IMG/VR virus record: IMGVR_UViG_3300030098_001936 | Span: 1 to 25,687 of that record | DNA: 25,687 nt | DNA from: a virus | Taxonomy: Duplodnaviria > Caudoviricetes | Direction: 5' to 3' (one strand) | In this document: positions 17,801-25,687 of the stretch, in pieces | Position numbering within the stretch: position 1 is the first letter of the stretch | Layout: each line of letters begins with the position of its first letter | Notes under the pieces: model-generated | Told to the model about the DNA's origin: nothing | Databases searched by the model: none | The model's input: only the letters and a program-made list of their open reading frames with translations | Program-made: the position numbers and the translations under genes

Positions 17801-18142
17801 CAGGACGATGATGGGACAATTATTGACTCACACGTTTGGATCGGGCCGATCTCATTGTCAAGTACGCAGGAGGTCAAGTTGACTGAGATGCTTGCCATTC
17901 TTGACGAGCAGACTCCCGGCTTGAGTTACGAAGTGTATGCGGCAGACACGGTCGAGCAGGCCAAGAGTGGAACGCCGATCTTCAGTGGCCGCTGGAACGG
18001 TGGCCGAAACAATTATGTAAGGACTCGCGCTCGCGGGGCCGCTATCTTTATCAAGTTGCTGGATGGGACTAAGCAAGACCCGTGGGCAATGGAACGCCTT
18101 GCAGCCACTCTTGCAGTTGCTGGTCGCGCAAGAATCCGATAG
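14873..18142 (+). CDS. Tail nozzle / DNA-stabilisation protein (P22 gp10 / T7 gp12-like) with large central insertion
   Basis: N-terminal DCKNVRPFD...RGGRRDG and C-terminal beta-propeller-like LGRLVMAG...WFMSAVGD, LYFMGPNGLY, FYDSRTNSFW. Sits between adaptor and ejection genes. Confidence 0.7.
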   Translation: MPPAKKQKVELQFPIEGQVEGTGHANQKPNTTSDCKNVRPFDVEEDRARGGRRDGVSKVTSTPVTGEKIDHMEFVQRANESTVYEPGQLMEFPEGNPNAGKLANFTFPSIPVGQQITQSGANFLYFGRALQFLNGPTDNVDSSYPASSSSDLANVGPFHGAIAYNEQRSAKPINMFDYSNLVKYKDADNAEYVDINSKNFGYAGAPYQYGDGGVYETSSQHRWRPWSEFVDGRIDSHILINPLNRNWVVSSGFFVSPNTGGFLDSNNGGNDDKDDYIFAPWSSTKRTSYVTSLDFRCPYGMPAKFSYNGGDPTVTVKFVATADDVDDDSCVYDPYYNELMGSSTSTMPHTWLVNSPNQEGHDDYSHYITWGIALRCRISSDGTDSEANYTHGYMEWHDYYGSFNDGCNAQDNAKTPIVIRFKMEIRTGKVDMFIGGWADHRHSSVEGTVFAMQQANAHLGYSYLNQNGNQEGKLGTVIASREDDLDENGDRKRHKLVVTQQDKSLSVSFDGNVLWSAEDIEDTEKYDWHTYPHIRLGGVYSHGHPVSHHRSKLIYGHTLQVSPSSSSTQNEYVQKQALKYFGTFDHVNQPDSSGDTAESANANNSLHGSRHKWSLGLKVYDWDWRSIDPVIVGRRHVTAVSGGKVHSTTPDDLSNFTIRSTSQDLSTNVNRIDGTSFFENIYFVDGSNYKYFDSSQMKVLDWNTLDENGEINTNSTLPGGNGDTGLYGSGTSDENPRCTIIKSWLGRLVMAGKSDEPQNWFMSAVGDATDFDPDSSAPGASVWGSKSENIGEISDPIIAIAPSIDNRLIISTSNYIYAMTGDPLWDGTQLVSISTEVGFIGPDAWCYGPNRVLYFMGPNGLYALAPNEFNITQTNRLSSGKLDKTFKDLDLSSSACKLVYDNVNHGVHIFLTPANQSTDKRSHYFYDSRTNSFWPMEYPGVIGPTYVMDFQSPNPEANKILLGGFDGHIRSFSSSAQDDDGTIIDSHVWIGPISLSSTQEVKLTEMLAILDEQTPGLSYEVYAADTVEQAKSGTPIFSGRWNGGRNNYVRTRARGAAIFIKLLDGTKQDPWAMERLAATLAVAGRARIR

Positions 18143-18151
18143 GAGTAAACA

Positions 18152-18877
18152 ATGGGATTTTTGGATGCCATTTTTGGAAGTAAAGAAAAGAAGGGCAACC
18201 CTTACTTGGGTTACTCGCAATTTTTGCCATCGGCAACACAGGCATATTTTACTGATATTCAAAATCAAATGTCTAATGCGCAAAAAGCGTATGCGTTTGA
18301 CCGAGAAAGAAGTATTGGCCTACTAAATCAAATCTTTGCCCACAAAGAATTGGGGCTTCAAGAGATGATTCGCTTGGCACAGGATACTCCTGTTGTCGAT
18401 CCTGAAATCTACAAGACTGGCAAAAAACAAATTGAAACAGGCATTCAAGACATTATGTCTGGTGCTGAAGAACGAGAACGCGCGCGAGGTTTTTACTCTA
18501 CTACTCTTCCCACTAGGCGTGGGGCAGACCTTTCGTCTCGACGAGTTCAAGAGTTTGAAACTCAGTTTGCTCAATTTAAGGGTGGACTAGATGCTCAGAG
18601 GCGTAACCAGATTCTTCAACTGCAAGGCCAACAGGCAATGCTTGGGGCTGACAGGGCTTCAGCGTTCTTGAACTTCTACGAAAAAGAACCTGCTTACACG
18701 TTTGAACCTTCGGGGTATTTGCAGTTTATGCAGGCATTTGGAAAGGCTCAACCTTGGAAACAAATGGGCCAGCCAATTGAATATGCCAGAGAAGGCGTAC
18801 TTGGTGGACTTTTGGGAACTGCCACGGGATTTTTGCAGGGTGCTACAGGCGCTATGACTACTGGCGGTGCTGCGTAA
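18152..18877 (+). CDS. Putative internal virion/DNA-ejection protein
   Basis: aggag SD. MGFLDAIFGSK start, Gln-rich helical body, Gly/Ala hydrophobic C-terminus; follows the nozzle gene. Confidence 0.6.
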   Translation: MGFLDAIFGSKEKKGNPYLGYSQFLPSATQAYFTDIQNQMSNAQKAYAFDRERSIGLLNQIFAHKELGLQEMIRLAQDTPVVDPEIYKTGKKQIETGIQDIMSGAEERERARGFYSTTLPTRRGADLSSRRVQEFETQFAQFKGGLDAQRRNQILQLQGQQAMLGADRASAFLNFYEKEPAYTFEPSGYLQFMQAFGKAQPWKQMGQPIEYAREGVLGGLLGTATGFLQGATGAMTTGGAA

Positions 18878-18909
18878 AGCATTTTGTTTGTTAAATAAAA
18901 GGGTTAAAT

Positions 18910-19362
18910 ATGGGACGCAGGATTGACATGAGTTTGTTTGCAGCCGCTTCGCAGGGCACAGCCCCTGTTTTGGATGTTTTGACGGAAGGGCGGAATGCCG
19001 CCAATAAAACTGTACAAAACAACATTGCGGCTGATCAAGAGTATTACTCCATGAGAAACGCAAACATTTCAGGTTTAATGAAAGGCGCATCTCCTCTGGT
19101 TTCTCAACTAGGCGGACAATTTGGTACATCAATTAGCGGCATCTTTGGCGGTTCTGCTCCGGCTCAAACAATGAGTTGGGCAGGCAGCCCACAAATGACC
19201 CAAGCCACGTTTGGCTCGCCTACTTATCACGGTGCAATGAGTCAACTTCAGCCTTACATCCAAGGCGCGCAGGCACTTCAACAACAACAAATGGCGGTCA
19301 ACATGGCTCCGCCTGCAAATATGGGTGGGCCTCTTAATTTTGGCTCATTTATAAGGCAATAA
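18910..19362 (+). CDS. Putative internal virion protein (Gln/Gly/Ala/Met-rich)
   Basis: 150-aa low-complexity ORF in the ejection-gene cluster. Confidence 0.55.
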   Translation: MGRRIDMSLFAAASQGTAPVLDVLTEGRNAANKTVQNNIAADQEYYSMRNANISGLMKGASPLVSQLGGQFGTSISGIFGGSAPAQTMSWAGSPQMTQATFGSPTYHGAMSQLQPYIQGAQALQQQQMAVNMAPPANMGGPLNFGSFIRQ

Positions 19363-19363
19363 A

Positions 19364-21304
19364 ATGGCTACTAATAAAAAGCAACCAATTGGAAATCCTC
19401 CCTTTCAAGAGGACTCGCGTACTTATTTCGACCCCAATGAGTTTGAAGACGTTATCCAGCCGAAGGAAGGCAGCACGCCAGACACAGTTGAACGTGACAA
19501 GGCTACTCTTGAAGATGGCATTGCGTCCGCTACTGCTGCTGCTGTTTCCGCCGAACAAAATGGTGACAATGATGCTGCCGCTGCTGCACGCAGGGCTTTG
19601 GTAAATCTGCGAAGTCAGCGTGCAAAAAAGGGTGCGGAGTCTGTAGGGTTTACTCAGGCTCTTGACTTGGGAGATCAAAAAGTAGACGCACGCACTGTGT
19701 GGAAACCTCAGACTCCGGGCTTTCATACAGAAATTAGAGTTGCTCCTGACGGAAGCATGCACTTTGTAGATTCAGAAACTGGTAAATGGATTGGGATTGC
19801 CAGCAAAGATAGCGTTAACATTGTTACAGGCATGGACAATCAGATGGTTGGCAACCGTCTAAAGTCTGAGAAGTTCGACCTTGAATTAAAAGCATACCGT
19901 CAAGTGAACGAGCAGCGTGACGCTGTGACGGCTGCAAGCCGTGCTGTTAACGGGGCAATTATTGACAACCATATTAATGCGTTGTCTGAATACCCTGAGC
20001 CTATTCAAAACATTCTTATGCAGGCTTACTCAAATCTTGAGGAACTTTCCGAGCATCTGCACCCAGAGCAAATGAAGATTCTTTTGGCTGAAACGCATCG
20101 GGCTACTCTTGGTGGAGGCTCAATTTTTGACGTTGAAAATATCCTTGGTAATGGAATCAATGTCGCTAATCAAAACAAAGCAGCACTCCGAAGTTCTAGT
20201 GAGATTGCATACGGTCAATCGATGAGTTCAATTAACGAGGAACTGTCAGAACTTCAGTCCAGCATTGATGCCGTTGACCAGCAGATACTGGATGCTCACA
20301 TAAGAGCAGAGTCAGAAATTAAAACAAGGGAGACAAAGTATAAATACGCTGAAACTCCCAGTGTTGTTGATGCTTCGGGTGGTATGTCAGAAAAGGACGA
20401 AATAATGGCTGAGGCTGACCGCGTGGGTGGCAGTGGGGGAGGCCAACGTCCAAGGACAAGTGTGTCTACTGTTGAGAAAACTTATTCATCTACTCAAGCC
20501 ACTATAGATGTTCTGGAGACAAGAAGAAAAAAACTTGAGGATGAAAAAACAAAACTTGAAATGACTCAGAAAGCACTGTATCGCCGGAACAGGCACAGGT
20601 CAGCAAATGACAATGCTGGTCCCGATGGAATGTTTGCGAATAATCCTGACATGGATTCGTGGGCAGGAAAGGAAATGGGCAAGCATCTTGTTTCCCCCGG
20701 CGGTCACATGAGTGCCATCATTGATCTGGTTGCAATGAACAACCAATTTGAAGATGGCAGTGTTGATTCTGATCTTGTCGCTGCGATGGCAAAGCCAGAG
20801 TTTATGGCGGCGTTTATTGATAAGTGTCAAAAGTATGCACGGGCGCACGGATGGTCTGGTGTTGGAAGCGTGGACTTGTGGGGTGCTGCAATTATTCAGA
20901 ATGTCAGCACCGCAAACAGTGCGAATGACATTAACCGGGCGATCAATTCGATGGCTGAAGTAAAGGCAGCCGAGATGCTTAGTGCTTACAGTCAGGCTGC
21001 TGGCCGACCCACGCCTGCTGCTGGGCCTGCTCCTGCTCCTGCTGCTGCTGCTTCACCTCCCCCCGGCCCAGCAACTGCCGGGGAAACTGTTGACTTTGAT
21101 CCCAGCAACACTGACTGGTTGAATGATCCGGCAATAGTAGATTCAATGATTAAAGAACTTGGCACAATTCCTGACACCGGAATAAGTGGGTCAGATTATC
21201 AAGCACGAATTGCTGCATGGATGATTAATCACAACGTCCCTCGCAATCAAGCAGATCAAATCAACACTACAATTGCAATGATGTCTGCAAATCCTGATTC
21301 ATAA
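19364..21304 (+). CDS. Putative internal virion/ejection protein with coiled coils and Pro/Ala linker
   Basis: 646 aa with helical coiled-coil segments and a PTPAAGPAPAPAAAASPPPGPA linker before a small C-terminal domain. Confidence 0.6.
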   Translation: MATNKKQPIGNPPFQEDSRTYFDPNEFEDVIQPKEGSTPDTVERDKATLEDGIASATAAAVSAEQNGDNDAAAAARRALVNLRSQRAKKGAESVGFTQALDLGDQKVDARTVWKPQTPGFHTEIRVAPDGSMHFVDSETGKWIGIASKDSVNIVTGMDNQMVGNRLKSEKFDLELKAYRQVNEQRDAVTAASRAVNGAIIDNHINALSEYPEPIQNILMQAYSNLEELSEHLHPEQMKILLAETHRATLGGGSIFDVENILGNGINVANQNKAALRSSSEIAYGQSMSSINEELSELQSSIDAVDQQILDAHIRAESEIKTRETKYKYAETPSVVDASGGMSEKDEIMAEADRVGGSGGGQRPRTSVSTVEKTYSSTQATIDVLETRRKKLEDEKTKLEMTQKALYRRNRHRSANDNAGPDGMFANNPDMDSWAGKEMGKHLVSPGGHMSAIIDLVAMNNQFEDGSVDSDLVAAMAKPEFMAAFIDKCQKYARAHGWSGVGSVDLWGAAIIQNVSTANSANDINRAINSMAEVKAAEMLSAYSQAAGRPTPAAGPAPAPAAAASPPPGPATAGETVDFDPSNTDWLNDPAIVDSMIKELGTIPDTGISGSDYQARIAAWMINHNVPRNQADQINTTIAMMSANPDS

Positions 21305-21317
21305 CAAGTGAACACAA

Positions 21318-24300
21318 ATGCCTGAAACGCCAACGCCTCAAAACCAACAGGGTTTTCAGTCTCTTGAGTTGGGACTGCTTGATTACCACAGGAAAAACCT
21401 AAGAGACGGCACTTACTTTGCAGATGAAGATGGCTATGTCACAACTGTTCGCACTATGGGCGTGACGGTTGATGACAAGTATTACATGATTCCTAGTTAT
21501 GTCGGCGGGAAAATACTGGAACCCGAAGAGGCTGTTAAAAATGCTGAGTCTGTTGGCTGGGAAAACTTCCCGTCGTACTCAACTATGGAAGAGTTTGAAG
21601 ATGCCGACAGGCGATTGCATACGCAAATCGAAGATGACTTTGAAGACTGGCAAAAGTCTCAAGGAGAGAAGGCGTGGTCCCCTGAAGTACGCGCTGCCGC
21701 TGGTGAACTAAGAGAGCAAAAAAGAAGGGAACTTGTACAACAACTTGAAGAAGGTAGAGGAAAACGTGTTCCGGGTCAGCCCGGATACGGCGCTCCGTTT
21801 GTAGTCCGTGAACAAGAAACAGAGCGTTTGCAAGAATTGCAAGAACAACTTGACTCACTTGATTTGTACGAAGAAGAACAATACGACAGGCTTTCTCTTG
21901 AAAGAGAAAAGGTTGACTTTGAAGTTCAGGCTCAATATGACAGAATTAAAATGGGTCAAGAGCCGTACACGAAAGAAGAACTGGAAGGATTGTTTGAGGT
22001 GTACGTCAGGGACAGGGACGTACTAAAACTAAACATCGTTCGTGAAAACATGGGCATGCCTGCGCTTTCTCCTGAAGCGTTCAAACCTGCTGGCTTTGGC
22101 GAGTCATTTGCCGAAGAGATTTACTGGCCCATTATGGGAACAATTGATCAGGCAGATTACATTATTGACCTGTATGAACGGGCTGATCGTATTGAAAGAG
22201 GCGAGGGTCTGCCGCAAGATGAGAAGCGTCTACTTGAGCATTGGGCAACGCTTAAAGAACTTGAGATTAGGGGCCGCACTTGGATGGGTGAAGCGGGTGC
22301 TATTTCTGGCATGTCGCTTCCCTTCATGATGGAAATTGTGGCAACGAGAGGGGTGACAGCGGGAGCCAAAAAAGCCTTGACTAAGGCAGGCTTTAAGATG
22401 GGAGACAAGGTCATTGCCAGAGCGCTTGGCAAAGTCATCAACAAAGCAACTAAGGGCGGTGCTGAGAATCTTGTCAAGCACCTTGCAAAGAAAAGGTCTG
22501 GCGCTCTGGCTCTTAAGGGGCTGGCAATTTCTGGTGACGTAGCGTCAGCCGAAGCCGTTCGTTCGTCTGTGCTTGGGTTTGGTACAGGCAAGATTTATGC
22601 CGACGCTATCCGTGAAGTGTTGATGGTTGACGTTGACATGGATCAAATGGGCGAGATCCAATTGTACGTTGATGCTCCTACTACTATTGGTGGCGAGGCT
22701 ATTCTTAGGTCGTGGGCCAAGAACTACGTTGAGTACGTTTCAGAAAGAACTGGTGCAATACTTACCAAAGGTGTTGTACCCGGTGTCAAGAAAGGCCTTA
22801 GCAAAATTACGCCACGCCAGATTGATGAGGCGGTTAAGGGTCTTAAGACTGCTGTTGTTACTAGGTGGATGAAGAACAACCCAAGGGCGAAACTGTCTGA
22901 GTTTGGTAAGTTTCTTGCCCAGAAGGGTGGGTATCACGGCGTACTTGGCGAGGACTTTGAAGAGTGGGTCGGTTCAGGTATGCACTACGGCATCGACGCG
23001 GCCACCATGGAAGATGCCGAGTTGTACATCCCAAGTCTTGACGAGTGGCTTCAGCGTCTCGTTGGCTTTGGTGTTCCTATGGGCGGGCAAGTAGCAATTG
23101 GTGCTGCTGTAACACCGTTGGCACGCAGGTCTGCTTCCGGTGCAATCGATGCAGCAAGAACTGAGGGTCGGCTTAGGGGTGTACGCAGGCAGCAGGAGGG
23201 GGCGCTTAGGCAGGAAGAGCAGCCTCCAATTATCTCAGAGTTGCAAGAAGAAGTTGAGGGTATCGGAGGGGTAGTAGAGGGTGAGGCTGTTACTGTTGCC
23301 AGAATCAGAAACAAAGATGGGGTGATTGTCGGTGAGGTTGCGGCTAGTTCTGAGAAGGCTGAAGAGGTAGAAGAACACATCAAGACGCGGCTGGCTCCTG
23401 AAGAGTACGAAGAGTTGGAAGTGTCCATGATTCCGTTGGCTGAGATTCAGGCGGAGTTGGAGGAGCAGGCCGAAACTGTAGAAACAGAGGCTGCCGCACT
23501 TGCACCGCGTGGTGACATGGCGCAGACGGAGGCTGCTGAGGCTGCCGAGGCTTTAGACGCAGAGATTAAGAATGAACTGGATGCTGTTGCAGAAACCGCT
23601 AGTAATAAGTTTGATGATGCTCACACCATCACGCCGACCCCGGTAGAAGAACAAGATCGTGGTGTCCAACTTATCTCACAGGCAATGGGCAGGGCAGGGA
23701 TCCGCGTTGTTCCGGTTGACATTACTGCGGAAAGCGGCAGCCCTAAGATTGGTGGCGCTCAGTTGCCGTCCAGACCAGACGTTGTGTTTGTTCAGGACAC
23801 CAGCAAGATTACTGACCCGAAAGAAAAACGCAAGGCGTTCGTCCGTAACTTCCTTGGCATTCTTGCTCATGAGGCTACTCACACTCTGGAGTCCATGAAC
23901 CCGGCGTTGTACAACTACCTGATTCTCCGGGGCAGGAAAGAAACTGAGCGGGGTCTTAGAAGTTACGCTGGTACTGAGGCTGGTGAGGTTCTTGATTCTA
24001 ACTACATGTCAGAACTTTCAGAAGGTCTGGCTACTGCTATCCAGAAACTGATTGCTTCTGGTCGTATATCTTTGGACCCCACCGAAAAGAATATGTGGAA
24101 CCAGTTGAAGGACTGGCTTAATGGTTGGGTGAACCGCACTGGCCTGCGTGGCTCGTTTGCTATGGAGACTCAGAAGTTTGTTGACAGGCTTCTTGCAGGC
24201 GAGAACATTGCAGAGATAGAACTGCCCGGCCAGAGAAAAGAACTTGAGCGTGCGCGTGCCCGTGGCTTGGCACCGAGGGCTGGGGCTGCATTGCCTGAAG

Positions 24301-25687
24301 TTACGGAGGAGGACATTGCCGCCGAGCCTGACTTGTCTGTGAGGTTTGCGCCTGCTGAGGGGCAGCCCCCCCGTCGCATTAAAATTGGGCGTACGGCACC
24401 GAGCATTGAAATCCCAGAAGATTTTTCTATTGAACTTGAAGCCGATGAAATCACAGAGGGCCAAAAGAACTTCATGTCCGAGTTCTTTGATGCCACCTTT
24501 GCTGCTCCTTCCATGCTTTCGGTACAAGGGAGAGTGTTCTTAGACCCTAGCGTAAGCGGCGAAGCGTTGGAAAGGTTTGCGACAGAGCAGACACTTCCTC
24601 AAGACTGGGTCCATATTGTTGCAAAGGCTCATGTGTATACACGCGGCAATAATTCTATCTATCTTGGGTCTATTGCTACTCAGGTTCGTGGGCAAGGGTA
24701 CGGGACTTATGCTCTGAAGATCCTCACCGATCTTGCAGACAAGCACGGAGTTTCTATCGAAGGTTCTGTCGATAAGTTTGGGAAAGAGGGACTATCCCAA
24801 ACCAAACTTCGAGCGTGGTACAGGCGGCATGGTTTTGTTGTTGGCAAAACAGACACAATGGTCTACAAGCCTAAGCCTGAGGCCGAGGCCGCACCCCGCT
24901 TCGCACCCGCACCTGCTGTCAACACGCCTGAGTTCCGCCGCTGGTTCAAGGACTCGAAGGTGGTGGATGAACAGGGCAACCCGTTGGTTGTGTACCACGG
25001 AACAAAGAAAGAGTTTTCTGAGTTCAAGACACGGTTTCCTGACATTCCAATTATTTTCTTTACAACCGATCCAAAGTTTGCTTCTGATTGGATGGAAGGT
25101 ACGGGGGGAGTTCGCCAGCCGTCAGATGAGGTTCTTGCTAAATCTAAAGAAATGCGAGCGTATGAAAATGCCTTGTATGAAGAGTTAGGAATCAGAAATA
25201 TTGACACTAGCACGGACGCGGGACTGCAAGAGTTCAACCAGATGCAGCAAGACGTGCGCAATCGTATGACCGAACGGTACGGCTTTGATTCGGCAATCGA
25301 GTATGAGAGTTTGGCTGATACTCGAATCATGCCAGTCTACTTGTCAGTGCAAAACATGTTTGAGCCTCAAGAACATTGGGATCAAATAAAGTTTCCTGAA
25401 CCTACCCCCAATATAATGCGCGCCGCTAAACGCGGCGCGTGGCCGGTGTATGAAACAAAAGAAGTGATAGAACAAATTAGGGAGTTGGGTTATGACGGCA
25501 TTCGGTTGTCTGAATCTACCCTTGAAGGTTCGCCCCTTGATACTATAGCAGTCTTCGACCCCACCCAAGTCAAGTCAGCCACCGGCAACGTAGGCACGTT
25601 CGATCCCGCTCAAGCAGACATCCGCTTCGCACCCGCACCTGCGACAAGGGAAGTCACATGGTCCGATAGCGAGCAGCAACAGTTTGA
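21318..25687 (+). CDS. Giant polyvalent virion protein (3'-truncated): HExxH metallopeptidase, GNAT and ADP-ribosyltransferase-like domains
   Basis: Hand translation from ATG 21318 has no stop to the window end (1456 full codons). HEATH at 23868-23882, RGQGYG at 24687-24704, YHGT at 24993-25004, then LGYDGI and AVFDPTQVKSATGNVGTFD. Confidence 0.92.
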   Translation, partial: MPETPTPQNQQGFQSLELGLLDYHRKNLRDGTYFADEDGYVTTVRTMGVTVDDKYYMIPSYVGGKILEPEEAVKNAESVGWENFPSYSTMEEFEDADRRLHTQIEDDFEDWQKSQGEKAWSPEVRAAAGELREQKRRELVQQLEEGRGKRVPGQPGYGAPFVVREQETERLQELQEQLDSLDLYEEEQYDRLSLEREKVDFEVQAQYDRIKMGQEPYTKEELEGLFEVYVRDRDVLKLNIVRENMGMPALSPEAFKPAGFGESFAEEIYWPIMGTIDQADYIIDLYERADRIERGEGLPQDEKRLLEHWATLKELEIRGRTWMGEAGAISGMSLPFMMEIVATRGVTAGAKKALTKAGFKMGDKVIARALGKVINKATKGGAENLVKHLAKKRSGALALKGLAISGDVASAEAVRSSVLGFGTGKIYADAIREVLMVDVDMDQMGEIQLYVDAPTTIGGEAILRSWAKNYVEYVSERTGAILTKGVVPGVKKGLSKITPRQIDEAVKGLKTAVVTRWMKNNPRAKLSEFGKFLAQKGGYHGVLGEDFEEWVGSGMHYGIDAATMEDAELYIPSLDEWLQRLVGFGVPMGGQVAIGAAVTPLARRSASGAIDAARTEGRLRGVRRQQEGALRQEEQPPIISELQEEVEGIGGVVEGEAVTVARIRNKDGVIVGEVAASSEKAEEVEEHIKTRLAPEEYEELEVSMIPLAEIQAELEEQAETVETEAAALAPRGDMAQTEAAEAAEALDAEIKNELDAVAETASNKFDDAHTITPTPVEEQDRGVQLISQAMGRAGIRVVPVDITAESGSPKIGGAQLPSRPDVVFVQDTSKITDPKEKRKAFVRNFLGILAHEATHTLESMNPALYNYLILRGRKETERGLRSYAGTEAGEVLDSNYMSELSEGLATAIQKLIASGRISLDPTEKNMWNQLKDWLNGWVNRTGLRGSFAMETQKFVDRLLAGENIAEIELPGQRKELERARARGLAPRAGAALPEVTEEDIAAEPDLSVRFAPAEGQPPRRIKIGRTAPSIEIPEDFSIELEADEITEGQKNFMSEFFDATFAAPSMLSVQGRVFLDPSVSGEALERFATEQTLPQDWVHIVAKAHVYTRGNNSIYLGSIATQVRGQGYGTYALKILTDLADKHGVSIEGSVDKFGKEGLSQTKLRAWYRRHGFVVGKTDTMVYKPKPEAEAAPRFAPAPAVNTPEFRRWFKDSKVVDEQGNPLVVYHGTKKEFSEFKTRFPDIPIIFFTTDPKFASDWMEGTGGVRQPSDEVLAKSKEMRAYENALYEELGIRNIDTSTDAGLQEFNQMQQDVRNRMTERYGFDSAIEYESLADTRIMPVYLSVQNMFEPQEHWDQIKFPEPTPNIMRAAKRGAWPVYETKEVIEQIRELGYDGIRLSESTLEGSPLDTIAVFDPTQVKSATGNVGTFDPAQADIRFAPAPATREVTWSDSEQQQF
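24896..24916 (+). repeat. 21-bp direct repeat, copy 1 (ccgcttcgcacccgcacctgc)
   Basis: Identical to 25622-25642; encodes the RFAPAPA linker. Confidence 0.95.
25622..25642 (+). repeat. 21-bp direct repeat, copy 2
   Basis: Identical to 24896-24916; offset 726 bp = 242 codons, in frame. Confidence 0.95.

Noticed and set aside
21014-21052. cctgct/gct microsatellite-like run
   Set aside because: Explained by a Pro/Ala linker in the 646-aa protein. The units are multiples of 3 and do not form a phase-variation tract.
21499-25568. Numerous short track ORFs on both strands in the last 4.2 kb
   Set aside because: All are shadows of the single uninterrupted frame starting at 21318.
24896-25642. 21-bp repeats as a CRISPR array, DGR template/variable repeat or att site
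   Set aside because: Only two copies, 726 bp apart and inside a coding frame. There are no adenine-specific mismatches, and no cas, reverse transcriptase or integrase gene is in the window.

Overview
This window is the virion-assembly arm of a tailed dsDNA bacteriophage with podovirus-like gene order. All credible genes are on the + strand and many are translationally coupled. In order: a GC-rich, probably non-coding left end (1-550); a LexA-like wHTH gene; a structured leader with an intrinsic terminator; small membrane/lipoprotein (lysis-like) genes; a YkgJ-type Cys-cluster gene; small and large terminase; a tiny basic GRP peptide; portal; scaffold; major capsid and accessory proteins; a tandem paralog pair; an adaptor; a large nozzle/stabilisation protein with an AT-rich insert; and putative ejection proteins. 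The window ends inside a giant ORF missing from the supplied track (21318 to >25687, at least 1456 codons). Hand translation shows a polyvalent protein with HExxH metallopeptidase, GNAT and ADP-ribosyltransferase-like modules separated by a repeated RFAPA motif, two copies of which are an exact in-frame 21-bp direct repeat. This is the best candidate for a new system. No tRNA, rRNA, CRISPR array, integrase or endolysin was recognised. All calls are motif- and synteny-based; no database searches were run.
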